Source: Klebsormidium nitens | Lineage: Eukaryota > Plantae > Klebsormidiophyceae | Assembly (NCBI GenBank): GCA_000708835.1 | Contig: DF237080.1 | Span: 116,991 to 180,990, forward strand | Reading direction: 5' to 3' | DNA: 64,000 nt | Shown here: positions 48,995 to 61,967 of the stretch, in pieces | How the letters are laid out: every line of letters starts with the position of its first letter | Position numbering within the stretch: the stretch's first letter is position 1 | The notes under the pieces: generated by a model | The model's input: only the letters and a program-made list of their open reading frames with translations | Told to the model about the DNA's origin: nothing | Database searches by the model: none | Made by a program: the position numbers and the translations under genes

Positions 48995-49748
48995 TGCTGA
49001 TCCTCCTTTGCGCTTCCGGTCGAAACAACCCTCCTCGCTAGTAGCTTCTGGTTTGCCTAATAGAGCAGATCTGCTTGGCTCCCTCTTTCTCTTAGGCCCG
49101 CCGCCCCCTCTCTTCCTCACGGGTTCCCTTGCGCCGCCGCCACTGCCAAGTGCTAGTACTAGTAGTACTAGTAGCACGAACGCCCTCCACGACTGTACGG
49201 TCTGTACCGTGTACGTTCGAAGTGTACAAAAGGTCTGGGACAGATTTGGGACTTAACAATCCTACATGCCAGGCGTCATAACTGTCGCGACAGCGTGTCG
49301 TACCCTCTTCGATGTTCGATACGTGAAATCCTGAGCGTCGAATCCATTCCGGCTTTAAAAACTGGCATGCCATTCGATTTGAACATGATCGCCTCGTTCA
49401 CATCAGGTCACGCGACCAGCGGTTCTTGTGCAAAGGGTCTGCCGTTGTGTGACACTGACAGTTGGAAGCAGCTGGCTGCTGCTGGGGCGCCCAGCGGAGC
49501 AGCATGGGAAGAGGCAACACAAAAGTTGAAGACGCTTTGCGTATCAGAGCAGGAAACGTTTCAAGAGACGCAGCTGTTCCACTTATCCTGTGTCTGGGGT
49601 TTCCTTTTTAGATTGTTAAACATTAGCATTCTGGAGCAATCTGCATTCGGGTTCTGAAGTGAGAAGCTCTACAAAGGAAAAGTTGGGCTTTGACCGGTGG
49701 CAGGTCCAAAGGGGGATCAAAGTACAATGCCAGGCATCCCCCTGCAAA

Positions 49749-52700
49749 ATGGAGGGAGTGGTGGCATCACTTCCAGTGCTGAACAATCAGAGAACCAAGC
49801 CACTGTTTGGCGGCGCCATGATGGCGGCTTTCCCAGACAGGTTCAAAGTAAGAACTGATGGAAAGATGTGTGCGTTCCAGATCTTTTCTCACGAACTTGT
49901 ACGGGACTTTATGATCAGCATTGGAACTTCTGATATGTGGCCAATGAATCTCCTGATTATCGTTCTAGCTCTGTCCAACCAGTCGACCGCTCAAGCACCA
50001 TGGCTATACGTTACTCAAACGAACACAACAAACACATTGAGCAGCACCAGCCTCAAAGAGAAGTCTTACTTGATGGAGTCGACTGTGGTTATCCCATTGC
50101 TTAAAGAGCTGATCGAACATTGGTTGAAATCTCCCTGTTGTGGTGCAGGATGTGAGCGATTTCCGGGATGTTCCGGACCATCAAGTGAGTCCCAGATGGA
50201 GAGCTTCAGATAACATATGTTTTGGCAATTGTTTATTCAAGGTCTTCTTTTCACGCTCGTCGTCATGCAGGTTCTCAACGATGGTGCCTTGGCTGCATCA
50301 GTCTGCATATCAAAGTGGGCCACTTGAAAAAGTACAACTCATTTGGCAATTGGTTTCAATTGGCTACCCTCTCTGTATGTCGCTGTGGGGACTGTGCCTC
50401 TTGTTTTTGTTGTGAAGTTGTTGACGTCCAATCATTGAAAATTCGCAGGAGGTCCTTTCTGATGAGGCCCATGATGAAAGCATCATCATTGAGCTTCTGG
50501 AATTGAAGGAGGAAGCACAGGTGAGCTAGACTTGGCGGTACTCGTTTGTATCTGCTGCCTACCTCTTAAGATGCTGGGTTTGAGCTCTAGCTTTGGATTT
50601 GCTGAAAGCTGTTTGTTGTTGAACATCTTGCTGCTGTTCAATAACCATCTTATGGTTTTGTTCACCACTTGACGTGGCTTCTTCTACTTTTCAAAATACC
50701 CTTCCGTTCTCTGGTTGTTTTCTTCTTAACACCCTTGATGCATCTCTTTCTAGAAGCTAGTCTCTTGGCTTGAGGACACTGCAACTATATCCATTGCCCT
50801 ATCTCCGTCTGGCCCTCTTTAGCACCAAGCAAAGGCGAACTGTAAGAATGAGAAGAGATGCGTATGTAGGATCTTGTAGCCAAAGAAGTACGGCAGATCC
50901 AGCATCACTTATCCTGGTTGGTGATTGTCCAGGACCAAGATGGCGCTCGCTGGTTCCTGACAGACTTGGCAGGCGAAATGGAAGCAGCTCCGGGAAGTGT
51001 AAGCCTGTCAATCCTTTTTGGCTTCAATACTCTTCTCCCATACCGTATCATTGGTACCCATGCCAGTTTTTGTAATGTCAATCTGCACCTACGTTATTCA
51101 AAATGGTGCAGATGACCGGCCGAGGCAGATGCGAAAAGCAGGGAACTTGTTCAAAGCACTTGGGAATGATTCTGGCTGTCCTTTAGATTGGACTTGAGCA
51201 TGTCAGAAGCGAGCAGTGCGACCAAGTTTGTTGCTGAGAGGAGTTCTGCACGATATTGGACGAACACGTATTCCAGGAGCGAAGCAGGGGACGGAAAGTG
51301 TCACCATGCAACCTTCTTGAAGCTGTCCTAGTAGTATCAACCTTTAGAATAGCGTAAAAGAGCACACGCATAGTTTCATGCAGCCAAAGCTATACCTGCC
51401 ACCCGCCGATGATGATGTTAATGGGGTCGAATTCATCCGATTTGCGCTTGACTTCATTTTTGATGGATTTTTTTGCAGAGACTCGACTCCGTTTCGCCAC
51501 TCAGCGCCGTCGATGTCCCTTTCCTCGACCCCCTGATCCCCAAGTCCGCTGCCTTCGGAACTATGGTGAGAACCTTCCACAAGCTCACATCACGTGGATT
51601 GTCCAGGAAAAGGACAAGAAAGCCCCTTTACGAGGTTTCTCTACAACGACCCTTTCCAGTCTGTTGTAAAGCAATAAGCCAGATTCAGACGCCTGCTTTG
51701 GTGCCAACCTATTCGCCTGTGGTCGCTTGACAGTGAGACCGTTTGAGAGCGTTGTTACAGGATGTCAGTGCCAGAGTTGTGCCCATAGACACCCATCATT
51801 TCAACATCCAAACAACAGTCCCATCCGTATTGCAAAGTCCTGATACTAATAGGTGCTGTCATTTCGCAGACCCTGATTGGAACGCCCAACCCCAAGACTC
51901 CGGAGGAGAACGTTTGTCAGCGACTTTGAAGCGCTCCCCTGACGCCATTCCTCAAGTTCGTTCTGACACATCGATTCTTTGTCCAGGCTGTTTCGAAGTA
52001 TCGGCAAGGCCCAGAGGCGCAAAACCTAGTCAAGGTGGGCAAATTTTGTCTTGATCTGGCATGCGTCTCAACTCAGGGAAAACTCTCTTTCAAGCACAGC
52101 GTTCGGTAACTGAGTATCAAACTTTGCCACCTGTTCTACGTCTTGCTTAGCCGGTCAATCAAACCTGACGGCTAGTTACTTTTCCCCTTCGCATTACCTG
52201 GCAGAGCAAATGAAAGCGATTAGACCAGTCAGAGCAGTGGTTAGCAAGGGCCGAGATTCGAACCGATGGCTGCAAGATGCCAATTTCTGCAGTCAGCTCG
52301 TTCCAGACAGGTTGTGAAGTATGTTTCCCCAGCGCATGTCCAGCTAGATGGAAAAATCCTTGCGGATGTCTGACGCGCCAATCCGGTTCGCAGGTTCATC
52401 TGGCTCACCTCCGTCTCCGAAATGTTGGTACAGACGTCCTTGTCACCGTGTACGAGCCTCTTGTCATCAGGTAAGCCTGGGGGCGTTATTTCTCTCCAAT
52501 TTCGGTTCAGGATTTGCGTCAGGGATCGTATTATTCGATTCGCACGAGCTTGAAGAATCCTCCGAGCAAGCTCGGTACAGGAAAGTCCGCTTTCAGCGGA
52601 GCGGAGTTGGGAAGCCGCCTATTTCGCTCTTCGACCATTCATTGCTGGAAAGTTTCAGTTGATTCAAGACGGATCAAAGCAAGTAGGACCCTTTTTTCCA

Positions 52701-53032
52701 GCGTTTGGAAAAGGGCTAGCCTTCGGTAACGACAGCGGGTGACTCGTCAGAAGCTCGAAGCGGACTTGAAGGGACGTACGTCGAATGAAAGCTGATGAGC
52801 TCTGGCTTCCGGCTCTCTTCGACATTGTTTCTGCAAGAACTGCATCTTTACAAACACACAATGTCTGCGATTGACGCGCCTGCACTGTCCTTGTTGCAGC
52901 GAACAAAGCGAGAGTGCGCGCGCGGTGACCGCCACTGGAGCAAATATGGAGCCGCGGCAGAGCGCTCTTGAAGTCTTCCGGACGCTGCTGGCCACTCTCC
53001 GGGTGGTTGACTGGAGTCTTTTCGGTCACTGA
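49749..53032 (+). CDS. MOG1: Ran guanine-nucleotide release factor, Mog1p/PsbP-like, ~205 aa
   Basis: Exons 49749-49847, 50149-50184, 50449-50520, 50933-50998, 51479-51565, 51987-52034, 52394-52470, 52900-53032 in frame. Motifs PLFGGAM..AFPDRFKDVSDFRDVPDHQEV, DESIIIELLE, WFLTDLA, SKYRQGPEAQNLV, LRLRNVGTDVLVTVYEP, VVDWSLFG. Confidence 0.93.
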
Positions 53033-54756
53033 TCAGAAGTGTTTGTTTCTTATTATTGGGCCCTGAGAGATCGGACCGCCGTACGTGGCGGTTTGGCTTA
53101 TATAATGCGAGATTTTGTAAAAGCTGTCAATGTACGTTGATCAATCATTGCTGTGTTTGCTTGTTAGTGGATCCTTTATGTGTACGTCCGGTCGATAGAA
53201 CATCAGCTATAGAGTGAGTCAGAGTATAAACTCGGTGTTCTCTTGTAATTTGTCATCTCAGCTTGCCATAGCTCGATCCCGACTTCGTCAAAGGTACTAA
53301 TGTCTAGTCGTAGTGCAGTCGTTCTTTCAATGCACTCGTGCTAAGCAGCCCCGTTGCTTGAAATCTGGCAGGGCGGTCAAGTTTGGCTTTACGAATTGCT
53401 GCCCTGAGGCACATGTGGCTTTGTTGCCTTGGTGGTCGCATGGTAGCCGTCATAAAGTTGCATGACTTTTGAGGCGAATCGACGCGTTAAAAAGATTGCG
53501 ACACCGTTCATTGAACAGAACTTTCCAACCGAGGAAATGCATTGTTGACGGTATAAGGCAATGATCAGCCTGTGATTCGTCGGAGTGAGCTTGATTGAAT
53601 TGTGCCTGCCAAGCTTGCATGCAGCTGAAAACAGCTCTTAATTAATCCAGGACGCAATTGGGAGCACAATACGCTCATTGCTGGCCTAGCATGAGCTCCG
53701 CAGATTTATTCAATCGCAATATGGTCTTATATTGCCACATGAGCTAGATTATGATGTTGTCACGATTATATGTCTGTCACTGAGTGATCAATGGAGGTTG
53801 GCACCGAGTAACGTCTGGCAAAATCTGCCCACTCCGGATGAGTCCAAAAATGAGAAGTCAAGGTCATAGAATCTGGTCATTGAACCGGTCCGGCGCAGGC
53901 GATCGGATACTCAAAACTTAGCGCACATGAGCGCACTGCAAATCTCGTCCGACCCACGAAAAATCTGTGAAAGCTATGGCACGGCGGCCCAAATGATAGC
54001 TCCTCTGCTGGTATTGGCCACGGCTTAGTTCTCCCTTAATCTGCCGCTCATGTGCAGGAGCTTTTTATGTACGTGACTGATAGTCCCTGCCGCTGCGGCG
54101 GCGGTGCCTCTGATAGGCCTCCGTTCATATCAGCCAATCATCATGGAGTCGGCTGCCCTTCAGGCGCACAGCATGCTGTGCTTGGGATGCTGCAGACTCG
54201 AGCGTTTCTCCCTTATTCTGAAGCAACTCCAGATTGGAAGCCACACTTCGTGAAGTCGGTTTCGTGTCTTTCAAGAGCCTCAGTCATTTCTCTACATATG
54301 CCACCTGAATCGTCACCTCGATCGAAAGCTCCGGACGATGTCGAAGGACGTAGTCTTGCATGCCGATTTGGTCATGGAATAAAGCTAGCGCTGTTCAAGT
54401 TTATCGAACTTATTAACGTGCCCGGACGAACGTGAGGGTGCTCTCACCTCGCATGCACACCGGCTTCTGCTGAGCCTTCCGTCTTTTCATTTCAGTGGCA
54501 GGAGGAGTCAGAATGCACCAGCCTTCGTGGAGTAAGGACAGTGACGTGCTTCTGCAAAAGACAGAGACATCGCGCAGTCAAGACGAGCCAGAGCAGGGCT
54601 ACTTTGCGATAGCGCTGCTAGAAAAGGTCTGTAATGCTTTGCATGAGATTCTAAATTCGTTGCACCTGCGCGGCATTGATAGCGGCGTAGTCGTGGTGGC
54701 TGGTGGCTCTCCCTAGGGGTAGACCTATTGCATACCTGGTCCTTGTGGGGTTTCAA

Positions 54757-54910
54757 GGCGCGCGCGCAGGAAGAGAAAAGTGGTGAAGAAGCAGCGGTAA
54801 GAGTGCGCATGCTGAAACAGTGGGCTTTCTCGGCGCGCGCGCAGGAAGAGAGAAGGCAGCGGTGGTAAAAAGGCAGCGGTGGGTTTGCATATGCTGAAAC
54901 ATTATTGGGC
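54757..54910. repeat. Two ~75-bp imperfect direct repeats
   Basis: ggcgcgcgcgcaggaagag...gcagcggt...gcatgctgaaaca...tgggc at 54757-54825 and 54832-54910. Confidence 0.75.
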
Positions 54911-55635
54911 ACGAAGTGTTTTGGGCGAGAAGCTCACTTGAAATTCGGAATGTACACTGTTGACCGCATTCTGTTGGACGAGACGTAAGTTTCTTTACGT
55001 GGGCAGTGTCGTATCTCACATTGTGGGCGTTGGCAGAGTGCACGAGATTGCAGCGAATGCATAGGTTTGTCTACTCCCAGTCAAGGCCTTTGATATTGCT
55101 CCTGCTCCCTTTCTCGAAACATCAGAGTTGGTCACCATTGTCCTTTCCGGTCCCACCGTTGGATTCTTGCAATTAGTATTTACAATGTATCGGGCATGCT
55201 GTTCGACTTCACGCCTCAATCCAAACGACCTTGAGTTGGAATGTAGCACCTTCATTTCCAGATTTCTCGTTGCAATGTGGGCTTGATCAGGTGGTTTTTG
55301 CCTTAAAAATCTCGATGATCTGAAAGTGCCCACCACTGATTACCTGAAGGCCTTCTCTCGGTCTTCAAAACGCTTTTGATGGACTCCTTTTGCTGAAGCT
55401 CCAGATTTCTTCAACTCGGATAAGCTGAGCCGATGAAATTTCATTGCGATGAAACCCATCGCGTGACTTTTACAAAGCATTCTGGGCGTCGCACATCTCG
55501 GCTTTCGGCTAGGTTTAAAAACATCTGCAGAGGATCTCTTCCCTGCGTGCAGACATTCCATATAGTACCAGGGACCTTCTCCCTTTAAAGGGCTGCGGAT
55601 TAGACCCTAATACGAACAAACTGGACAAGTGCGTT

Positions 55636-58048
55636 ATGGATAGGAAAGAAAGAACCTGCGCAACTTCAACTCACATGAACCGTCTGATTTCGAAGCTTCC
55701 GTTTCGTTCGATTGCAGCTGTAACGATGGCAAGGACGTCCGAAGCGCCGCCGGCAGCCGTCAGGGGCGGTCCGCATCTGACGGTCAGCTGGAGGCGTCCC
55801 GGCTCCAAAAGGTGGCAGCCTTTCGAGGATAAGGTCGGGCGCGCCATTCTCGCGGCCGGCGCCTCGGGAGAGGCGACCTTCCAGCTGGAGGAGACTGTGC
55901 GGAGGTCGCCGCGATTCAGTTCAGAGCAGTGGAAAAAGAAGCGCGCGCGCGCCTCTCGCAGGTGATGATAACAACTCTTAGATGTTGGCCTGGCTGCCAG
56001 CGGGCACAAAGGACGTGGTTTCACAGATAGGCTACTCAAAGAAAGGCACTGAAATCTGAATCAACCGTAGAGGCACTTTGCTTGCTTCTTACGAAATTGG
56101 GTGTCAGAAGCGGCGCAAGACATCGCGGCCGGCCGGAGATTTTACATTGACCACGTTCATAAAAACCAAGAAAAGCATGTCTATTTCTCAGGTTATCGGT
56201 TCTTTCTCTTTCAAGTGGACGAGAATGAAGCTAAGGCACCGATCTGCATCGCTTTCACAAGCAGAGCCGGAGTATTCTAGAGAGTCTGAGATTCCCAACG
56301 GTCTGATTTCTCGCGGACCTAGTTCTCTTGTTAGAAGTTTCCCCGTTTTACGTCTCGATCATCAGCACTGACAGTTGTCTCGTCTCTAGACAGATCCTTG
56401 AAGGAGGCTAAGCAGGATGATCTTGTGGTGACGCTCAAGAACATCGGCGACGGGTCCCCAGCGTCGAACTCTGGACCTGCCATTCGCTGGGGCTTCTCTT
56501 CGACGTGCACATTCGACCGGCTGCCCAACACTGCGCGCGCGCTCGCGGCCATGATCGCAGAGTGCGAGGCGGCAACGAAGCGACAGGTAATGCAGGATGC
56601 AAAGATCCGGTCGGCGAGTCAAACCTTTCGGAGGCAGACAAAAGCCGTTGTCTGCGGGTTTCTAGAAGCTTGAATCTTTATTATTCGGACGGTGGGCGAT
56701 CTCGAGCTTGGGGTTCCCTATCCAGATTGGGCCTTCCAAACATCTCAATAAGCAATTTTGAAGCGCTGTAATCAACGCCAACGTGCTTCGCGTGGTTCAA
56801 GACCGCTTGTTCTCCACAGTGATGCAAGTTCAACTGAGAGCATGTCACTGACTGGGTGGAAGGTCTTGGACTTGATCAACCCTTTTGCCTCTATTCCGCT
56901 TTCCTGACGGTATGACGTCCTTGAGCTTTCTCAACGTCGCCTTTCTGCGATTTGAATGTATTTTAGACTCAATGACCTTTCGACAAAAAGAAACAAACAC
57001 ACATTTCTGAGCCTGAGATTCGAAAGCACTTTTTGATGCATGCGGCATGAGAACTGGTACTGCCGAAATCTTTTCCGTAATTCCCTGCTGTTAATCTGCA
57101 TCTGAAGTGCCTGCATGTTTGTCGTCTTCGCAGATTATCTCGGAGCTTCTAAACTTCCTGACGTCCGAAGAGCGCATCAATGAATTCCTTTCCAAGATAG
57201 ACATCGGCTGTCAGCCCGTTCACTACTATTCACCGGGACTCGTAGCGAAATGCGGCACGCTTCGCGTCTCGCGGGTCGCTGTAAACGAGCGCGCGCGGCC
57301 GGGAGGCGCGCTGTACGAGAGGTTTCTGACCACAATGGTGGGACACGTGGCAGACCTGGGAGGTGAGTTGCATCCCTGTTTGGGGGAGGGAAAATCCTGA
57401 AATCGATTGCGCTGAAGGTGCCAGTAAAGCGTGAACGTGTGAAAAGAGGGGCGTCTCTCCGTCACTCTGCCAACAACATTCAAAGAACGTGGCGCACCGA
57501 CATGCCCACCAAGCATTTTCTAATGACAGTTTATCAGGAAGGTGTTTGTTGAGGGAATTCGATTTGAGAAATACTTCGAATCTGCATCGTGATCTCGGGC
57601 TGGTAACCAATTTCAGCTGACAGTACGTGCTCTTGGATCCTCATTTGTAAATTCTTCCGTTGCTCGGCACGTAAGTTGAGTCATTTTCGCAGGTGCGCTC
57701 CAATCGCTGATGGGCTCCGCGACTCAAAGCATCGCTCCGCTCACCTTCGCCTTCCACGGCACTCCACCCCCCAACGTTCCGTCCATCTTGGAGAGCGGAA
57801 TGCTGCCGGAAAAGAGGGTAGCGGCGGGGGACTGGTTCGGGACGTTGCCGTTTGTAAGCGTGAATTACTGTCAAAAAGAGTACGGGAAGGGTATCTTTGG
57901 GGGGCCTCCATTCCGGGTGATCCTTTTCCTAATTCTTTCGATTCGGAAGGCCTTATTATACGATTACAACAGCGATGCGGGGGTCATAGTGGTCTCCAAC
58001 CCGCACTACGAGCTTCCGGTCTGCACGGTAGATTTGGAGAAGAACTGA
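55636..58048 (+). CDS. WWE-like N-terminal domain plus PARP-like ADP-ribosyltransferase catalytic domain, ~367 aa
   Basis: Exons 55636-55961, 56394-56586, 57134-57362, 57693-58048 in frame (start codon uncertain). WWE-like VSWRRPGSKRWQPFEDKVGRAILAA; ART motifs FAFHGT..NVPSILESG, GDWFG, SVNYC, YELP. Confidence 0.75.
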
Positions 58049-58751
58049 GAAGAACGCTTGCCAGACAGAGACACAGCAGTGTCTAGGACAACTAAGTGAG
58101 TGTTGGACACCTCTGGAATCTGTGCGGGCCCATCATAGCAAATGACGATTCCTCAAGTCTTTTAGCAGAAAGAGTCTTACCATCGCAAGTACAATAAACC
58201 CTCGTTTTTGTTCAGATCAGAATGGCATATGTAGCCCTCTTTTATGACAGAAAAGGAGCTAAGGCTTGTGATGGATTGAAAGCCCTGATGACGCGGAGCG
58301 GTTAGCGAGAACAGCGGGAGAACTTTCAAGTCCAAAGTCCGAAATTTTTAGAGTCTTGGTAACTCGAGTTAGAAGAGGTGCTGAAATATTTCTTCCGTTT
58401 TTAAAATACCCCTTCATGTCTCCATTTTCATGGCTTTGATGCTTGTAACGGAGGGATATTGTATAGCACGTCGAGTCATGCAAGACCAAAGCCCAGTCGA
58501 GATGTTAAGTCGACTTTGGCCGTACTGCCAAAGTCTTCTCGCATAGATACATATGCTTATGGCCGCTTACACTGCCATATCAAAACCTTAATAGTATCGT
58601 TTAAAAAAAGATACTACAGACGAGGATCCATAAGTGCATCGAATGATTGAGCATATTGATGCACATAATCAAGCGGTGGAAATATTTTCAGGGATGGTGA
58701 CATGATGGCGATCCTGGAGGACTGTATTCTCCTAGCAGAACACTACGCTTC

Positions 58752-60036
58752 TCAGACTGCTGACCTTTCGCAAAGTTCGTGATGTTCTAAGATGACGTTC
58801 ATTTGAAGCTGTTCTAGAATCTCGTGGAAGGGCATTCCGGGATGGATTCCGTCTGACCCATGGTAGACGAACTTGGTTCCGTTGTGCCCAACCATGAGCC
58901 TATTACATCAAGTATTGTCAGGGCACCTTGCAAGCGCGACGGTTCGATTATCCTCCTCGCGTCCTGATTGAAAATGTCTATTCGATGATTGAAAAACTCT
59001 TTCATCGCAAAGTACTCCTCTTTCACCGCTGTCGCCGTCTGAAAGATAAACGTAGACCTGATCACAGTTCCGGTATCATTAGCTACCGCCTGCAACTCCT
59101 GATCTCTCCCAATCTTCCAACCAACTTACTACATCTGCAATCTCTTCATTAAATTGGGGACGAGAGTAATACTTCGCTGGATGCAGCACCATATTCATAA
59201 CCAGCACGCCGGGCTTATACTCCCTGGAAATCAATTCCTCAATCTTTTCCCGAAACTTCTCGTCCGGCGTAGGATTCCAAGCCCAGGAGATGCAGTACTT
59301 GTAAGGGGATCCCTCGATTCCAAGAAACTCCTGAACCACTTCGGTCGTAGTTTCATTGTAGTCATACAATGACCGCTTACCGACACACTTCTGAGGGGAT
59401 CCCCCGGCATCGCTGGGCGCCGGCGCGGTACAGCAGAAGACGTGATCCACATAGTGGAACGTTTTCCAGGTGATCGCGCCCCAGGGTTCCGCTTTGGAAT
59501 TATTGAACCGCGGACCGAAAAAGGCAGTGGCCTTGTACCTCACGTTGAACAAATGCAGCGAAACAGAGTCTCCTTGCGTAGCGAGCCAAGCGCGCTTTGG
59601 GTCGCGCATCAACGCACGCGCCAGGTCCAAGTGACTCAGCAACTGGAGGTCGCAGCCCTTCTTATCGAGCTCGTCTATCGAGTCTATAAAAGCCAGATCC
59701 CTAAGATCACACGGCAGACATTGATCGACGCCCTCCTTCTCAACTGCAGCCTCTTGGAAAGGGAATAATGCTAGCTAGGGTTCTCGAGGCTTCTGGCGCC
59801 ATTAGTACATTGTCAGGGTTGCCAGCACTTTCTGCACCATTTGAAAAGCCAGCGTTAAGCCGTCCTGTCAGGTTTCCCGTTTGCTTGCCAAGCGGCCAGC
59901 TGCTTTGACGAGACAATAAACTCCAGCATTCTTGCCCGCTGCCTTTGATCTGGTGTGTGGCCAGAAATGCTGAGAGCATGATGAGCAGGACCAGTAAGCA
60001 GCAGCCAAAGAGCGCTCCGCCAACCTGATCTTTCAT
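58752..60036 (-). pseudogene. Frameshifted membrane-anchored SGNH/PC-esterase-like (TBL/Cas1-type O-acyltransferase-like) gene
   Basis: N-terminal TM (ALFGCCLLVLLIMLSAFLA), GDS motif (TQGDSVS, ~59570), LVMNMVLH, FNQDAR, ILDV and C-terminal DGIH (~58845) lie in successive frames. Frame changes at ~59771-59778 (ctagctag), ~59100 and ~58900. Confidence 0.65.
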
Positions 60037-61763
60037 CCACCGATATCCAATCCACTTGGCCAGTCTGAATTGCTCCTGACCGGCCGAGTCTTGTTCCGCT
60101 TCTAGCCGCACTCACCGCACCATCTTTGGAAGAAGCGTCTTCCAAATGTAATACGTGTTTGTGTCCTCAGTTGCTCGCTATCCTATAGATTTAGTGTCAG
60201 GCGCAGTCAGGAGTAGCGCCGCGCCACGAAACAGAGCAAAGCGCAAGTATTTGAGAATCTGCTGGAAAGCCTGACGCTCCTTGAATCTCGGCCTCCTGCA
60301 AAAGTGACAGCGGGTCATGAGCCAACAGTACTAGATTGGGTACTATGGATTTCAGCAGCCAAAGTTTGTGTGAGTTGGGTGATCATGCTTGATATCACAG
60401 AAGGGTTTATTCGATCTCTAGTGCAGTAACTTATAGGACCGGCTATCCCTGTCATGACTGTCAGGTTCTTGAACTAGTTAGGTCCGTACTTCAAGCTCTC
60501 CGGTCCTAAGAAGGTAGCAACCGGCAACCACTAGTACGAAGTTCGAACATCCGCCCCCAATTCCCAGAACAAAAACGTCAGTCCTGAGACTTGCACGTGA
60601 TGGGTGATTTAAACCAGATTCTGCAGTGTGCACACATCTGCAGATTGCTTTAGATCTTTCAATCACTAATTGACAGTCTGCTGTCATTGTGATATTGGGA
60701 CTCGTGTGAAATCTGGTGGCTCATTTATTAGCTGTTTGAACCTTGCACCTGGATGCCTGACGTGCGTGACTAATATCACGTGTGCCAGGGGCCCGGCTGC
60801 GGTCGGCGAAGCTAGATCACGTCTTCTAATCTGGCGCTACAGTTAAATGACAGTAATCAACTCTTCTTTCCGATATGCTCAGCTAACAGTCCTGTCATTC
60901 TGACACATCAAGTGTGCCAAGGCCCAGGCTAGCGGCGCCCTGCAGCGCGTGGCGGGTGCTTTGACTAGCCCTGGGGTGGCAACTCGAGAAAATTACCGCA
61001 TACACCTGCGACCAAGGGGTTGGCGAACCTGGTAGGTTATAGTGTAGTATCTTATTGATATTTTTGCAATTCACTAGTAGCTTATACTGCAGGATCTTAT
61101 TGGCAGCTCTAAAGTCAAGCAGGTTATAGTGCAAGATCTTACGACCAAATATGTAACGAGCATCTTACCGTGTAGTATCTGTCGGATGATTGAGGCATGT
61201 AAAGGGAGTTGATTTGGTCGCTGCCATATAAGTGCATCTTTTGCATCTTATTGGTTGTAAGATCCGCAAAATATGTAAGATGGGGGGGTCAAAATCCAAC
61301 AATTTATAGTGCTCTGGAACCGTCTCGATATGACGAAGACAATGACGTATTCCTTTTCATGAGATTCTGAACGAGCGCTTATGCGGATTCGTCAAGATGA
61401 TTTTTACTTCGATCATCTGCGGATTCGGAGTTGCCACCCCAGGTGACTAGCTGTCAAAACAAGCAGGGCTCCTACAAAGCTGGAGGCTGTACACTGTCAG
61501 TATACGGTATTGGACAGGCCGGGCCAAAAATGAGATGACCTGTAGCTAGTAGCTGGCCGCTATTACTTCTAAGGTGTTGAAGTACGGTTGGCAGGTACTG
61601 TACTGGTACCTATAACCCGCGGTACCTATACGGTACCTATTGACGGGACATAAAACGTACGGGTACTGTACTACGATACCGATTGGGTTGTGCCCACACC
61701 GTACACTAGTGTCAGGTCACTCGGGGTCCAGACTGGTCACTGTACGCAGCAGCACATGAAATA

Positions 61764-61967
61764 CCGTACCAATTGTCCGATTGGGCAGATTTTTGCCCAA
61801 TAATTAGTTTCGTATCTCATGGATTTTGGGCAGCTTCATTTATGCATTTATTTTGTTTTTCTACGGGGCAAAATGATCTGCAAATTTAATCGTAATTTAT
61901 TTTTAATTCAGATTTTTGGGCAAGTCAAAGAGTATTTAATTGTTGCCCAACGGGACAATTGGTACGG
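61764..61967. mobile_element. 204-bp Tc1/mariner (Stowaway-type) MITE
   Basis: TIR ccgtaccaattgtcc.attgggca (61764-) versus tgcccaacgggacaattggtacgg (-61967). TA dinucleotide on both sides (61762-63, 61968-69). AT-rich interior. Confidence 0.8.

Noticed and set aside
50220-50670. Apparent minus-strand exons (KLNDDAFIMGLIRKDLL...)
   Set aside because: Overlap MOG1 exon 3 on the + strand, which explains the region, and do not splice into a coherent frame.
52245-52310. tRNA-Cys-like fragment on the minus strand (gactgcaga...ggttcgaatc) in a MOG1 intron
   Set aside because: No acceptor stem or D-arm can be folded; at most a SINE relic.
59771-59810. A 34-nt GT-AG intron that would repair the first frameshift of the SGNH-like gene
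   Set aside because: Far shorter than other introns here, lacks a pyrimidine tract, and two further frameshifts remain.
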